NCBI GenBank assembly: GCA_965215365.1
Contig: CBDCDS010000003.1
Span: forward strand, 1,728,001 to 1,792,000
From: Gammaproteobacteria bacterium
GTDB taxonomy: Bacteria; Pseudomonadota; Gammaproteobacteria; Eutrophobiales; Eutrophobiaceae
DNA: 64,000 bases
Direction: 5' to 3'
Under the pieces are notes generated by a model, which ran no database searches, was not told where the DNA came from, and saw only the letters and a list, made by a program, of their open reading frames with translations. Shown piece after piece: positions 44,446 through 54,802 of this stretch. A program made the translations under genes and the position numbers. Positions within the stretch are counted from its first letter, which is position 1, and every line of letters starts with the position of its first letter.

Positions 44446-45774
44446 ATGCAGCAGCAAGACCGCCTCGACTACCTCATTCATCCTGCGACCTCCGCATTGC
44501 AGGGGCGGATATGCGTGCCTGGTGATAAATCCATTTCCCATCGGGCCGTGATCCTAGGTGCGCTGGCCGCGGGGACGAGTGATTGCCGCGGTTTCCTAGA
44601 TAGCGCCGACACGCGCGCCAGCATGGCTGCATTGCGGCAGCTGGGGGTGCAGATGAGCCTAGAGGGTGAACACCTGTGTGTCAACGGAGTTGGCTTGCAC
44701 GGGCTGTCAGCGCCGTCCGCGGCACTGGATCTGGGCAATTCCGGCACCTCCGCGCGCCTGCTGTTGGGCGCGCTGGCCGGACAGCAGTTTTCCACCACCT
44801 TGTGCGGGGATGAATCGTTGCAGCGCCGGCCGATGCGGCGCGTGGCCGAGCCGCTGAACGCGATGCAGGCTAAGGTGCAAATTACCCCGGACGGCACCTT
44901 GCCGGCACGAATTACCGGCAACCGGCGCCTGCGCGCAATCCGCTATGAGCTGCCCGTCGCCAGCGCCCAGCTGAAGTCGGCACTGTTGTTGGCAGGCTTG
45001 TACGCAGAGGGTGAAACCGTTATCACTGAACCGGCGCCGACCCGCGACCATACGGAACGCATGCTGGCGCATTTTGGTTGCCCGGTCGTCCGTTCGGGCG
45101 CACAGCTCAGGCTGAGCAGCCGACCGCTACAGGCCAACGCACTGCAAATCCCCGGCGATATTTCCTCTGCCGCGTTCCTGCTGGTTGCAGCCAGTATCGT
45201 GCCTGGTTCCGATGTGCTGATTGAGGGCGTCGGGCTCAACCCTACGCGTGATGCCGTGCTGGAAATTCTCAGGCTGATGGGCGCAGCTATCAGCGTCAAT
45301 AACATTGTCGATGACCAAGGTGAGCCGCGGGCCGACCTGCGGGTAAAATATCGCCCATTGCAGGGCATCACCATCCCGCGCGCGCTGGTGCCGGTCGCCA
45401 TAGACGAATTCCCCGCGCTCATGGCCGCAGCCTGCTATGCTCACGGCGAGACCGTGCTGCATGGCGCGGCAGAATTGCGCGTCAAGGAAAGCGACCGCAT
45501 TGCCGCGCTGGCCGCGGGGCTGCAAAACTTGGGCATCCGTGTGGCAACGTTTCCCGACGGACTACGCGTCCACGGTGGCCGCCCCGGCGCCGGTGTGGTG
45601 CACAGCCATGGTGACCACCGCATTGCCATGGCGTTCGCAATAACCGCCCTGGCCGCTACCGGCCCGGTCACTGTGCAAGACTGCAAAAACATCGATACCT
45701 CATTCCCCGGCTTCATCCGCTGTATCCAGCAAATCGGTTGGGAAATAAGCGAGAAAGCAGTTAGAATTGTTTGA
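44446..45774 (+). CDS. aroA: EPSP synthase (class II)
   Basis: PGDKSISHR, GNSGT, SAQLKS, RDHTE, KESDR, DHRIAM. Confidence 0.96.
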   Translation: MQQQDRLDYLIHPATSALQGRICVPGDKSISHRAVILGALAAGTSDCRGFLDSADTRASMAALRQLGVQMSLEGEHLCVNGVGLHGLSAPSAALDLGNSGTSARLLLGALAGQQFSTTLCGDESLQRRPMRRVAEPLNAMQAKVQITPDGTLPARITGNRRLRAIRYELPVASAQLKSALLLAGLYAEGETVITEPAPTRDHTERMLAHFGCPVVRSGAQLRLSSRPLQANALQIPGDISSAAFLLVAASIVPGSDVLIEGVGLNPTRDAVLEILRLMGAAISVNNIVDDQGEPRADLRVKYRPLQGITIPRALVPVAIDEFPALMAAACYAHGETVLHGAAELRVKESDRIAALAAGLQNLGIRVATFPDGLRVHGGRPGAGVVHSHGDHRIAMAFAITALAATGPVTVQDCKNIDTSFPGFIRCIQQIGWEISEKAVRIV

Positions 45775-45822
45775 ACTGTTCTGTACGCTCATGGCATATC
45801 TTACGATTAGCATGGAGTCAAA

Positions 45823-46605
45823 ATGATTTCATACGAAAATCTGATATTTAAAATACCGAGGGAATCGGAAGATTACGAGAGCTGCTCCGATTTTGTAATC
45901 GGTTCCATCGAGTCGATAATTCATTCAGCAATAAAAACACGGATGAACAAAATTGTAATCAATACGAATCTGAAGCTCGGGCTACCGATGGAAAATATAA
46001 ACAAGATCGCAGGGCCTTTTGTCGAAGCGTGGGCTTATCAGACATTTTATGAAATCTATCAGGACAAAAATAATGCATACAAATTGATTAACGTTGAAGC
46101 TGTTGAGAGGCTTCATATGGCTGATATAGTCTTACAGTTTCAACGGAAGAGAGAAATTGAAAGTGGGGTCACTGCTGATATTGATGTTAAAGCTACAGCG
46201 GAAGATATCGAAAATTCTGGTAAATCACCAAACATCACCTCCTATTCCAGAATCAGGACTGCCTATGTCAAGGACCCTGATTATATTTTTGTGGTATTGT
46301 CCCTTAAGCACAAGGTATATTCAACGAGGAACAGCGAGACAGGTTTGATGGATGGCATAATGGAGATCGTCGACTATAACGCTTATGATCTCAAATATCT
46401 TGCCTCCAACGACATAAGCTATAACCCGGCTCTGGGTACAGGGCAGATACAGATTCGTGATATCCACTACGTGGGGAAACAGTGTAGGACAGCATGGGAA
46501 TTTTGCCAATTACTTGACAAAAAATATTTAAATTCTGAGAGGAGAGATTTTGAGCAGTGGCTTGCCTTGGCGCACAAGAACGAATGGGTTAAAGAAGATG
46601 TTTGA
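45823..46605 (+). CDS. type II restriction endonuclease, HpaI-like
   Basis: INTNLKLGLPMENINKIAGPFVEAW, DVKAT..SGKSPNITSYSRIRTAYVKDP and ISYNPALGTGQIQI closely match R.HpaI as recalled; AT-rich. Confidence 0.8.
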   Translation: MISYENLIFKIPRESEDYESCSDFVIGSIESIIHSAIKTRMNKIVINTNLKLGLPMENINKIAGPFVEAWAYQTFYEIYQDKNNAYKLINVEAVERLHMADIVLQFQRKREIESGVTADIDVKATAEDIENSGKSPNITSYSRIRTAYVKDPDYIFVVLSLKHKVYSTRNSETGLMDGIMEIVDYNAYDLKYLASNDISYNPALGTGQIQIRDIHYVGKQCRTAWEFCQLLDKKYLNSERRDFEQWLALAHKNEWVKEDV

Positions 46606-47518
46606 ACAAAGGATTATTCTTGGAGATGCGAATGAAATCCTTGCAGACTTTGAATCGGAATCTGTTGATTTGATTATTGCTGATCCACCCTACAATCTAG
46701 GGAAAAACTATGGTAACAATCATGATGTTAAAAGTTTCGATGAGTATCTGAAATTTTCAAGAAAGTGGCTCGGTTCGGCGCACAGAATACTAAAGGCAAA
46801 TGGAACGATCTATGTGTTTATGGGGTTCCGTTTTATTTCGTATCTCTATGACATACTTGAGCGCGAGATGGGAATGTTCTTCAATAGTTGGATAGTGTGG
46901 CACTATACTCAGGGAATGGGTAAAAAACGGGGTTTCTCTCCAAGACACGATGATATCCTGATGTTTACAAAATCAAAAGATTTTGTATTTAATCTGGACA
47001 GTATAAGGGTGCCACAAAAATACTATCGGGAGCGGAATAACATGAGAGGCGCCAACCCTGGTGACGTGTGGGAGTTTTCCCATGTCCACTATTGCAATGA
47101 AAACAGGGAAGACCATCCTACACAAAAACCCGAGGGACTGATTGAACGAATGATTTTGGCCTCTAGTGACGAGGGGTTAACCGTTCTTGATCCATTTTCG
47201 GGAAGCGGCACTACAATAAGGGTTTGTCAGCAGCTGAAAAGAAACGCGATTGGCATAGAGATCAACCCTGACTACGTTAGCATGTCCAAGGCCCGCCTCA
47301 GTCGTTGTTTTAATGGTTTTGACAGTGTTGACCCCAGAGTGAGTCGTGTCCCGCTGGACTTAAATAGCGGGGTTGCGAGGAAGGAATATCTCAAAAAACA
47401 CAAGGAATGGTTTCTCACCAATCACGAAAATGTGGTCGAGGAATTTAGAGGCGAGGTCACACGGCTTTATGGCGATAATGAAATAGGACATGAGCAGCTG
47501 GCACTGTTGGAAACGTAA
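46598..47518 (+). CDS. beta-class N6/N4 DNA methyltransferase, M.HpaI-like
   Basis: DPPY before HPTQKP and DPFSGSG; WHYTQGMGK..SPRHDD and NMRGANP shared with M.HpaI as recalled. Confidence 0.88.
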   Translation: MFEQRIILGDANEILADFESESVDLIIADPPYNLGKNYGNNHDVKSFDEYLKFSRKWLGSAHRILKANGTIYVFMGFRFISYLYDILEREMGMFFNSWIVWHYTQGMGKKRGFSPRHDDILMFTKSKDFVFNLDSIRVPQKYYRERNNMRGANPGDVWEFSHVHYCNENREDHPTQKPEGLIERMILASSDEGLTVLDPFSGSGTTIRVCQQLKRNAIGIEINPDYVSMSKARLSRCFNGFDSVDPRVSRVPLDLNSGVARKEYLKKHKEWFLTNHENVVEEFRGEVTRLYGDNEIGHEQLALLET

Positions 47519-47733
47519 TGAATAGCTCCAGCGGGGCACAGGATAGAACGCTGCATACGTGGCTTCATGCTATTCAGCAGGGGCAAGTGAAATTGCCGAG
47601 GTTTCAGCGTTATGAGGCCTGGGAATGTTGCGCTGCAGGTGTTTATCAACATGAATACCAATAGTAAACCGCTTCAATTGTATGACATTAAGGCGAACAG
47701 CCGTCACTGGATTCCATCTTAAGCCCTCAATAA
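47518..47733 (+). pseudogene. internally deleted DUF262 (GmrSD-like) gene remnant
   Basis: ATG overlaps the MTase stop: MNSSSGAQDRTLHTWLHAIQQGQVKLPRFQRYEAW, then in a shifted frame NVALQVFINMNTNSKPLQLYDI. Confidence 0.7.
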
Positions 47734-47811
47734 CTTGCTCTGTTACGGTGTGATTCGTAGCTGCAGGATTGAATTTGGTGAAGTTATTTTTCGGAAATGG
47801 GTAGTGTGCGG

Positions 47812-48516
47812 ATGAAGGACAACGCACCGGTCATCACCATAGACGGACCCAGCGGTGCCGGGAAGGGCGCCTTGTGCAACCGTCTCAGCCGCCGGCTGGG
47901 CTGGAACCTGCTTGATAGCGGTGCCTTGTATCGGATCCTGGCTTTGCTGGGGCAGCGCGCCGGCTTGCCGGTGACGGCTGCCGACGGGGTGGCGGCACTG
48001 TTGCGGGAGCGGTTTCCGCAGGTGCAATTCATCAGCGCGGGCGCGCACGAGCCGGTATCGGTCAGCCTTGATGGGGTTAACGTTGGTGCCCGCATCCGCC
48101 GGGAAGACTGTGGCAATGCCGCCTCTGCCCTAGCCGCGCACGGGGTCGTGCGAGCCTCCATACTGGCCTGGCAACGCAGCTTTCAACGCCCGCCCGGACT
48201 GGTGACGGACGGCCGCGATATGGGCACCGTGGTGTTCCCGGAGGCCGAATTGAAGATATTTTTGACGGCGAATCCTCAAGAGCGCGCAAAAAGAAGATAT
48301 AACCAGTTGAGTGCAAAAGGGATTGATGTTAACCTAGGCGATCTTGCAGAGGTGATCGCTGAGCGGGACCGGCGGGATACCCGCCGGCACCTGTCACCGC
48401 TGAGACCGGCCGCCGACGCGGTGATTGTCGATACCTCCGGCAGCGGGAAGGATGAGGTGTTCGCACGGGTGCTGCAGATCGTCAGTAACCGTAGCGATTT
48501 GGGCCTGGATATTTGA
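47812..48516 (+). CDS. cmk: cytidylate kinase
   Basis: IDGPSGAGKG, LDSGALYR, DGRDMGTVVFP. Confidence 0.96.
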   Translation: MKDNAPVITIDGPSGAGKGALCNRLSRRLGWNLLDSGALYRILALLGQRAGLPVTAADGVAALLRERFPQVQFISAGAHEPVSVSLDGVNVGARIRREDCGNAASALAAHGVVRASILAWQRSFQRPPGLVTDGRDMGTVVFPEAELKIFLTANPQERAKRRYNQLSAKGIDVNLGDLAEVIAERDRRDTRRHLSPLRPAADAVIVDTSGSGKDEVFARVLQIVSNRSDLGLDI

Positions 48517-48553
48517 CAACATTGAACATTGACATATTGAGATAACCTACTAA

Positions 48554-50236
48554 ATGACTGAAAGTTTTTCTGAATTATTTGAACAGAGCCAGGTTGAGAC
48601 AAAAATGCGGCTTGGTGCTATTCTGAACGGGACCGTCGTTGACGTTTACCAGGATAACGTAATCGTCAGTGCCGGTTTGAAATCGGAGTCTTGGATCCCC
48701 ATTGACCAGTTTTATGATGATCAGGGTGAGTTGGAAGTTGCTATCGGTGATGAGGTCGAGGTGGCGCTGGATGCGATAGAGGACGGGCATGGTGAAACCC
48801 GGTTATCCAGGGAAAAGGCCAAACGGCTGATGGCGTGGAACAAGCTGGAGCAGGTTTATGACGAAGATGGGACCGTGTCGGGCATGATCACCGAGCGGGT
48901 GAAGGGGGGGTTCACCGTTGACGTGGAGGGCATCAGAGCGTTCCTGCCCGGGTCTTTAGTGGATGTGCGTCCGGTCAAGGATACCAGTTACCTGGAAGGC
49001 AAGCCGCTGGATTTCAAGGTCATTAAAATTGACCGCAAGCGCAGCAACGTCGTGGTGTCGCGCCGGGCTGTGGTGGAGAGCGAAAACATCGCTGAGCGGC
49101 AAAACCTGCTGGAGCGCCTGAAAGAAGGAGCCGTTGTCAGGGGCGTGGTCAAAAACATGACGGACTACGGTGCCTTTCTGGATCTGGGAGGAATCGACGG
49201 GTTGCTGCATATTACCGATATGGCCTGGAAGCGGGTCAAAGAACCCTCTGAGGTAGTCAGCATCGGTGCTGAGATCGATGTCAAGGTGCTGAAGTTCGAC
49301 CGTGAGCGCGGCCGGGTGTCGTTGGGCTTAAAGCAGATGGGTGAGGACCCCTGGGGCAATCTGGCCAAACGTTTCTCCGAAGGTGCGCGGTTGCGCGGTG
49401 CTGTCACTAATCTGGCTGATTATGGTTGCTTCGTCGAATTGGAAGAAGGCGTGGAAGGACTGGTGCATGTGTCGGAAATGGATTGGACCAACAAAAACAT
49501 CCATCCCTCGAAACTGGTGCAAACGGGTCAGGAAGTGGATGTTGTGGTGCTGGATATCGACCAGGAACGCCGCCGTATTTCGCTGGGCATGAAACAATGC
49601 CAGCCGAATCCCTGGGAAGAGTTTGCCGCGCTGCATAACAAGGGCGACCGGGTGAGCGGACAAATCAAGTCCATTACCGACTTCGGCATCTTTGTCGGGT
49701 TGCCCGGCGGCATCGACGGTCTGGTGCACTTGTCGGATGTTTCCTGGACGGACGACGGCGACCAAGCTTTGAGGAACTACAAAAAAGGCACTCAGATGGA
49801 AACGATCGTGCTGGCCGTTGACACCGAGCGGGAACGCATTTCCCTGGGGATAAAGCAACTGGAAAGAGACCCGTTCACATCTTACGTGGCAGAACATCCC
49901 AAGGGGACTATCGTTACCGGCAAGGTGCTGACCGTCGAAACCAGATATATCATGGTTGAACTGGCGCAGGGAGTAGATGGGCAGCTGAAGGTGTCCGAGT
50001 TGTCGGGAGAGCAGAAAGCCAGAGACGCAAAAAGCAGTGGCGTGAAAGAAGGAGATGAACTTGAGGTGAAAATTACCGCAGTGGATAGAAAAAAACGCAC
50101 TATTTCTGTCTCTGTAAGGGCGAAAGAATCAGACGAAGAGTCGGCGGCTATCAAGGAGTACACGCCGGATACTTCCTCTGGAGCCAAGCTGGGCGACTTG
50201 TTGAAAAAACATATGGATAACGACGGCGGCAGCTGA
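48554..50236 (+). CDS. rpsA: 30S ribosomal protein S1
   Basis: [10 protein letters not shown]; repeated S1 domains [24 protein letters not shown]. Confidence 0.98.
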   Translation: MTESFSELFEQSQVETKMRLGAILNGTVVDVYQDNVIVSAGLKSESWIPIDQFYDDQGELEVAIGDEVEVALDAIEDGHGETRLSREKAKRLMAWNKLEQVYDEDGTVSGMITERVKGGFTVDVEGIRAFLPGSLVDVRPVKDTSYLEGKPLDFKVIKIDRKRSNVVVSRRAVVESENIAERQNLLERLKEGAVVRGVVKNMTDYGAFLDLGGIDGLLHITDMAWKRVKEPSEVVSIGAEIDVKVLKFDRERGRVSLGLKQMGEDPWGNLAKRFSEGARLRGAVTNLADYGCFVELEEGVEGLVHVSEMDWTNKNIHPSKLVQTGQEVDVVVLDIDQERRRISLGMKQCQPNPWEEFAALHNKGDRVSGQIKSITDFGIFVGLPGGIDGLVHLSDVSWTDDGDQALRNYKKGTQMETIVLAVDTERERISLGIKQLERDPFTSYVAEHPKGTIVTGKVLTVETRYIMVELAQGVDGQLKVSELSGEQKARDAKSSGVKEGDELEVKITAVDRKKRTISVSVRAKESDEESAAIKEYTPDTSSGAKLGDLLKKHMDNDGGS

Positions 50237-50266
50237 GCTGGACGCGTAACAGCGGGGAATAGAACG

Positions 50267-50548
50267 ATGACCAAATCTGAACTGATCGAGGCGTTGGCCC
50301 GGCAGCAGCCGCAGTTTACCTCCAGGGACATCGAATCGGCGGTGAAAACCATTCTGGAGGCCATGTCCCGGAGTCTCGCCACTGGCGAGCGCATTGAGAT
50401 TCGCGGGTTCGGCAGCTTTTCTCTTCATTACCGGCCGCCCAGAGTAGGCCGTAACCCCAAATCCGGTGAGGCGGTGTCCCTGCCGTCCAGGCACGTTCCT
50501 TATTTCAAACCAGGGAAGCTGTTGCGAGAACGCGTCAACCGGACCTGA
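50267..50548 (+). CDS. ihfB: integration host factor beta
   Basis: [24 protein letters not shown]. Confidence 0.97.
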   Translation: MTKSELIEALARQQPQFTSRDIESAVKTILEAMSRSLATGERIEIRGFGSFSLHYRPPRVGRNPKSGEAVSLPSRHVPYFKPGKLLRERVNRT

Positions 50549-50555
50549 GGGCCCG

Positions 50556-50802
50556 TTAACCCGCAGATCTCACCGGGTGATGCGAAGATCGCGCCGGATG
50601 GGTTCTGCCTGCGGGTGCCTGCGCCCGAAACCATAGCGGTAGCTATGGTTGAGGAAGCGCGTGCCCGCAGGCAGAACCAAGACTAGCGAGGGCGCATCAA
50701 GCGTAGTGGGTTATGTGGAAAGAGCAGCAGTATGATCATAACTTATTGAGAGCAATTATGTTTCACAAGGCAACAAGCGACTGGGTGAGAGCTGCGGGTT
50801 AA
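50556..50802 (+). mobile_element. full-length MITE family B (about 247 bp)
   Basis: TIRs TTAACCCGCAGATCTCACC and GGTGAGAGCTGCGGGTTAA (1 mismatch); long internal hairpin GGTTCTGCCTGCGGG..CCCGCAGGCAGAACC; non-coding. Confidence 0.85.
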
Positions 50803-51083
50803 TGTTCTACATTAAGCTGACACTGGCCCTGTGCATCGTCCTGGCCGGACTGGCGTTTCATGTCCGCAACGCACAGCCGGTGGTTATTGATTTCTATCTG
50901 GCCAGCTATGCAATACCCATGTCTCTGCTTATCGCCACTGCTCTGCTTGTCGGTGCCATACTGGGGGGGGTGGCAAGCCTGCCGGCCCGCCTGAAACTGC
51001 AACGCGACAAGGCCAGGCTTGGCAGGGAACTCAAAAAACTTCAGCCTGACGGGCAGGATTTATCCGCAGATGACGCAGATTAA
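50802..51083 (+). CDS. lapA: lipopolysaccharide assembly protein LapA domain protein
   Basis: Two TM segments, RNAQPVVIDF, C-terminal coiled coil; position after ihfB. Confidence 0.8.
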   Translation: MFYIKLTLALCIVLAGLAFHVRNAQPVVIDFYLASYAIPMSLLIATALLVGAILGGVASLPARLKLQRDKARLGRELKKLQPDGQDLSADDAD

Positions 51084-51278
51084 CGCAGATATTTTTTTAC
51101 AATAAAACTTTTGCTCGTCACTCATTGCGTTCCTCCTTGGACGCAACCCTGCGGGCAGCTGTCGCTGTGCCAATCGGCTATCCTGCCGATTGGTCTGGCG
51201 CAAGCCCGGGTGATGAGCAGAAAAACCTGAAAACTTTTCTTGAAACATCTGCGCTAATCTGCGTTATCTGTGGATAAA
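51059..51278. repeat. MITE-like element family C with 32-bp imperfect TIRs built from (A)CGCAGAT subrepeats
   Basis: TTTATCCGCAGATGACGCAGATTAACGCAGAT versus reverse complement of 51247-51278, 29/32 identical; internal hairpins. Confidence 0.8.
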
Positions 51279-51287
51279 CCCTGTTTT

Positions 51288-54200
51288 ATGTCAGCAAGTC
51301 CTCTGCAGCCTGTGCTACCGGCGACGACGTGTGAACGGGTAGTCTGGGAAGGGTTGCCCGGCTGTGGCAAGGCGTTGGCACTGGCGGCGGCAGCCCGGCA
51401 ACAGGGTTCGCTGTTTGTGGTCATTACCGCAGACCAGGGCGGCGCGCAGCGGCTCATGGAAGAGTTGGCTTTTTTCAATCCGCCCGGTTCAGGGCTGCCG
51501 CTGCGCTCGTTCCCGGACTGGGAGACACTCCCCTACGACCGCTTTTCCCCCTACCAGGATATCGTCTCCGAACGGCTGGCGACGCTGGTGGAACTGCGCG
51601 CTATGCGCGCCGGTATCCTAGTCGTGGCTGTGCCCACCCTGATGCAACGCCTGTTGCCCGCGACTTACCTGCAGGCGTACAGCCTCATGCTGCGCACCGG
51701 GCAGGTGTTAGATACGGACAACTTCCGGCAGGAACTGGAGCATAACGGCTATCGGAGTGTGTCCCAGGTCATGGAACATGGTGATGTGGCCGTGCGTGGT
51801 TCGCTTATCGACATTTATCCCATGGGCGCCGACACGCCGTTCCGGCTTGACCTGTTGGATAATGAGATCGACAGCATTCGTACTTTCGATGTCGAGACGC
51901 AACGCTCTTTAGAGCCAATCCGGGCACTCCGGGTACTGCCGGCTCGGGAAGTGCCGTTGACTGCGTCTGCCATTGAGTTGTTTCGCAGTAACTGGCGTCA
52001 GCGCTTTGCCGGTAATCCCGGCAACAACCCGGTGTACAACGACGTCAGTAACGGCATTGCCCCGGCTGGCATTGAGTACTACCTGCCCTTGTTCTACGAC
52101 CATACCGGCAGTCTTAAGGATTATTTTCCGGCCAACCCCACCATTGTGCCGGATGAGGAAGTTTACGCCGCGGCCCAGGCATTCCATGAGCTGGTGCAGG
52201 CCCGTTATGAGCAGGGGCAACATGACGCTGAGCGCCCGTTGCTGGCACCGGCGGAGCTGGTTTATTCGCCCCGGCAGCTGTTCGAGTTGTTGGCGCCACA
52301 TGCGCAAATCCATCTCGGCGCCACTGGTCTTGACCCTGGCGCTGCCAGAACTGTGCGCTATCACGCCGCCGCGCCGCAGCAATATCCGGTCAATGCACGC
52401 GCGCAGGACCCCCTGGCGTTGTTGCGCGCGTTCATGCAGGAGTTTGACGGACGTATTCTGGTCGTGGCGGAGTCGCTGGGCCGCCGCGAAACGATCCTGG
52501 AATTATTTCAGGCTGAAAAAACCAGGCCGTCTCCATGCCAGGACTGGGATGAGTTTCTGACCGGCAACACGCGCTTTGGCCTGACCGTGGCACCGCTGGA
52601 GCGGGGGGTGACCCTGGCGCAGCCGGGTATTGCCATCATCAGCGAGACGCAGTTGTTCGGTGTGCGCGCGCAACAACGGCGATTACGAAAAAGAAGCCGG
52701 CAACTCACCGACTCCATTGTCAACAACCTAGACGAATTATCCATGGGCGCGCCGGTTGTGCATGAGGAGCACGGCGTCGGACGTTATCGCGGCCTGGTGA
52801 CCCTGAAGGTGAACGAGATAGACACGGAGTTTATCTGTCTGGAATACGACCAGGGCGACAAGTTGTATGTGCCGGTAACGGCGCTGGATCGGGTCAGCCG
52901 GTTTGTCGGGGCGGACACCGAACAGGCGCCCTTGCATCGACTCGGCAGCGGTCATTGGCTCAAGGCCAAACAAAAAGCCCTGAAGCGGGTCTATGACGTG
53001 GCTGCGGAATTACTGGCGTTGCATGCCCGTCGTGCCGCGCAGCAGGGGCATGAATTTCGCGTGGATAACAACGCCTACCAGGCATTTGCCCAAGACTTTC
53101 CGTTTGAGGAAACACCGGGCCAGGCTGAAGCCATCGCCAGGGTGCTGGAGGATCTGCGCGCGCAGACCCCCATGGATCGGCTGATCTGTGGCGATTCCGG
53201 CTTCGGCAAGACCGAAGTGGCCATGCGCGCCGCATTTGTCGCGGTGGAAAACCACAAACAGGTCGCCGTGTTGGCGCCCACTACCTTGCTCGCACAGCAG
53301 CATTACCGTAATTTCAGCGATCGCTTCGCAGACTGGCCAGTGCGGCTGGCAGCACTGTCCCGGTTTGTCTCGCGCAAAGATCAGGCTGCGATTTGTGCGG
53401 GCCTGAGCGCCGGCAAAATCGACATTGTCATCGGCACGCATAAATTATTGCAGGACGGGCTGGCTTTCCACAATCTCGGTTTGATCATCATTGATGAGGA
53501 GCACCGTTTCGGGGTGCGGCAAAAGGAAAAACTGAAGTCCTTACGCGCCCAGGTCGATGTCCTGACACTGACCGCCACGCCCATCCCGCGCACGCTTAAC
53601 ATGGCCTTGTCGGACTTGCAGTCCCTGTCCATTATCGCCACGCCGCCGTCGCGACGCCTGCCGATAAAAATTTTTATCAGGGAGTGGGATGAGGTCTGGT
53701 TGGCTGAGGCCATGTTACGCGAGCTCAAGCGCGGCGGGCAGGTGTATTTTGTGCATAATGAGATCTGCAGCATAGAAAAAACCGCCAACGAGGTGGCCCG
53801 ACTGGCGCCGGATGCCCGCTTGGGCATTGCGCACGGGCAGCTGCCGGAGCAACAACTGGAACAGGTGATGTTAGACTTCTACCACCAGCGCTTTAACGTG
53901 CTGGTGTGCACTACCATTATCGAGACCGGCATCGATGTGCCCAGCGCCAACACCATCATCATCAACCGCGCCGACAAGTTCGGATTGGCGCAACTGTATC
54001 AGTTACGCGGTCGGGTCGGACGTTCCCACCACCGTGCCTACGCCTACCTGGTGAAACCGGACCGGGGCGCAGTCAGCGATAGCGCGGCGCGGCGTTTCGA
54101 AGCTATGGCGGCACTGGAGGAGCTGGGTACAGGCTTTACCCTGGCGACGCACGATATGGAAATTCGCGGCGTCGGCGAAATCCTGGGCGATGAGCAGAGC

Positions 54201-54746
54201 GGCCAGGTGCAGGAAATAGGATTCGGCCTGTATATGGACCTGCTGCAACGGGCCGTGGCTTCGCTCAAGGCCGGGCGCCAGCCGGAACTGGACCGCCCGT
54301 TGGACCACGGCACAGAGATAGACCTGCATCTCCCCGCGCTGATACCGGCGGACTACCTGCCCGATGTGCATACCCGGCTGGTCATGTACAAGCGCATCGC
54401 CGGGGCCGCCGCCGAGCACGCGCTCTGGGACCTGCAGGAAGAATGTATAGACCGCTTCGGCCTGCTGCCGGAGGGGCTCAAGAACCTGTTCCGCATCGCC
54501 CAACTCAAGCAAGGCGCCCAAGCCCTGGGGATACGCAAAATTGATCTGGCCGCCAAGGGCGGCCGCATACAGTTCGACGAGAACGCAGAATTCGACCGGG
54601 CAAAGCTGATCAAACTGATCCAGACCCACCCCGACAGGTACAAGTTCGCCCAGGGAGGCAAACTCAGCATCAACCACGAGCTCGCTGACGCCGCCGCGCG
54701 CTTCAGTTTTCTTGAAGGGTTTTTGGACGAACTGGCCCAACCTTGA
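51288..54746 (+). CDS. mfd: transcription-repair coupling factor
   Basis: FPDWETLPYD, CGDSGFGKTE, DEEHRFG, TATPIPRT, QLRGRVGRS. Confidence 0.97.
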   Translation: MSASPLQPVLPATTCERVVWEGLPGCGKALALAAAARQQGSLFVVITADQGGAQRLMEELAFFNPPGSGLPLRSFPDWETLPYDRFSPYQDIVSERLATLVELRAMRAGILVVAVPTLMQRLLPATYLQAYSLMLRTGQVLDTDNFRQELEHNGYRSVSQVMEHGDVAVRGSLIDIYPMGADTPFRLDLLDNEIDSIRTFDVETQRSLEPIRALRVLPAREVPLTASAIELFRSNWRQRFAGNPGNNPVYNDVSNGIAPAGIEYYLPLFYDHTGSLKDYFPANPTIVPDEEVYAAAQAFHELVQARYEQGQHDAERPLLAPAELVYSPRQLFELLAPHAQIHLGATGLDPGAARTVRYHAAAPQQYPVNARAQDPLALLRAFMQEFDGRILVVAESLGRRETILELFQAEKTRPSPCQDWDEFLTGNTRFGLTVAPLERGVTLAQPGIAIISETQLFGVRAQQRRLRKRSRQLTDSIVNNLDELSMGAPVVHEEHGVGRYRGLVTLKVNEIDTEFICLEYDQGDKLYVPVTALDRVSRFVGADTEQAPLHRLGSGHWLKAKQKALKRVYDVAAELLALHARRAAQQGHEFRVDNNAYQAFAQDFPFEETPGQAEAIARVLEDLRAQTPMDRLICGDSGFGKTEVAMRAAFVAVENHKQVAVLAPTTLLAQQHYRNFSDRFADWPVRLAALSRFVSRKDQAAICAGLSAGKIDIVIGTHKLLQDGLAFHNLGLIIIDEEHRFGVRQKEKLKSLRAQVDVLTLTATPIPRTLNMALSDLQSLSIIATPPSRRLPIKIFIREWDEVWLAEAMLRELKRGGQVYFVHNEICSIEKTANEVARLAPDARLGIAHGQLPEQQLEQVMLDFYHQRFNVLVCTTIIETGIDVPSANTIIINRADKFGLAQLYQLRGRVGRSHHRAYAYLVKPDRGAVSDSAARRFEAMAALEELGTGFTLATHDMEIRGVGEILGDEQSGQVQEIGFGLYMDLLQRAVASLKAGRQPELDRPLDHGTEIDLHLPALIPADYLPDVHTRLVMYKRIAGAAAEHALWDLQEECIDRFGLLPEGLKNLFRIAQLKQGAQALGIRKIDLAAKGGRIQFDENAEFDRAKLIKLIQTHPDRYKFAQGGKLSINHELADAAARFSFLEGFLDELAQP

Positions 54747-54762
54747 AGAAAATATCAGTCAA

Positions 54763-54789
54763 GGTCACCTCTAATTAATAGAGGTGACC
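54763..54789. repeat. family A palindrome, short form
   Basis: GGTCACCTCTA-ATTAA-TAGAGGTGACC, perfect 11-bp arms. Confidence 0.85.
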
Positions 54790-54802
54790 ATAAACCAGTA
54801 TA

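Noticed and set aside
47570-47827. 85-aa minus-strand ORF
   Set aside because: Antisense to the DUF262 remnant; no motif support
48515-48542. ACATTGA short repeats upstream of rpsA
   Set aside because: Too short and compatible with an ordinary AT-rich rpsA leader
51269-51277. Perfect DnaA box TTATCCACA on the minus strand
   Set aside because: Single box inside a MITE terminal repeat; no oriC context
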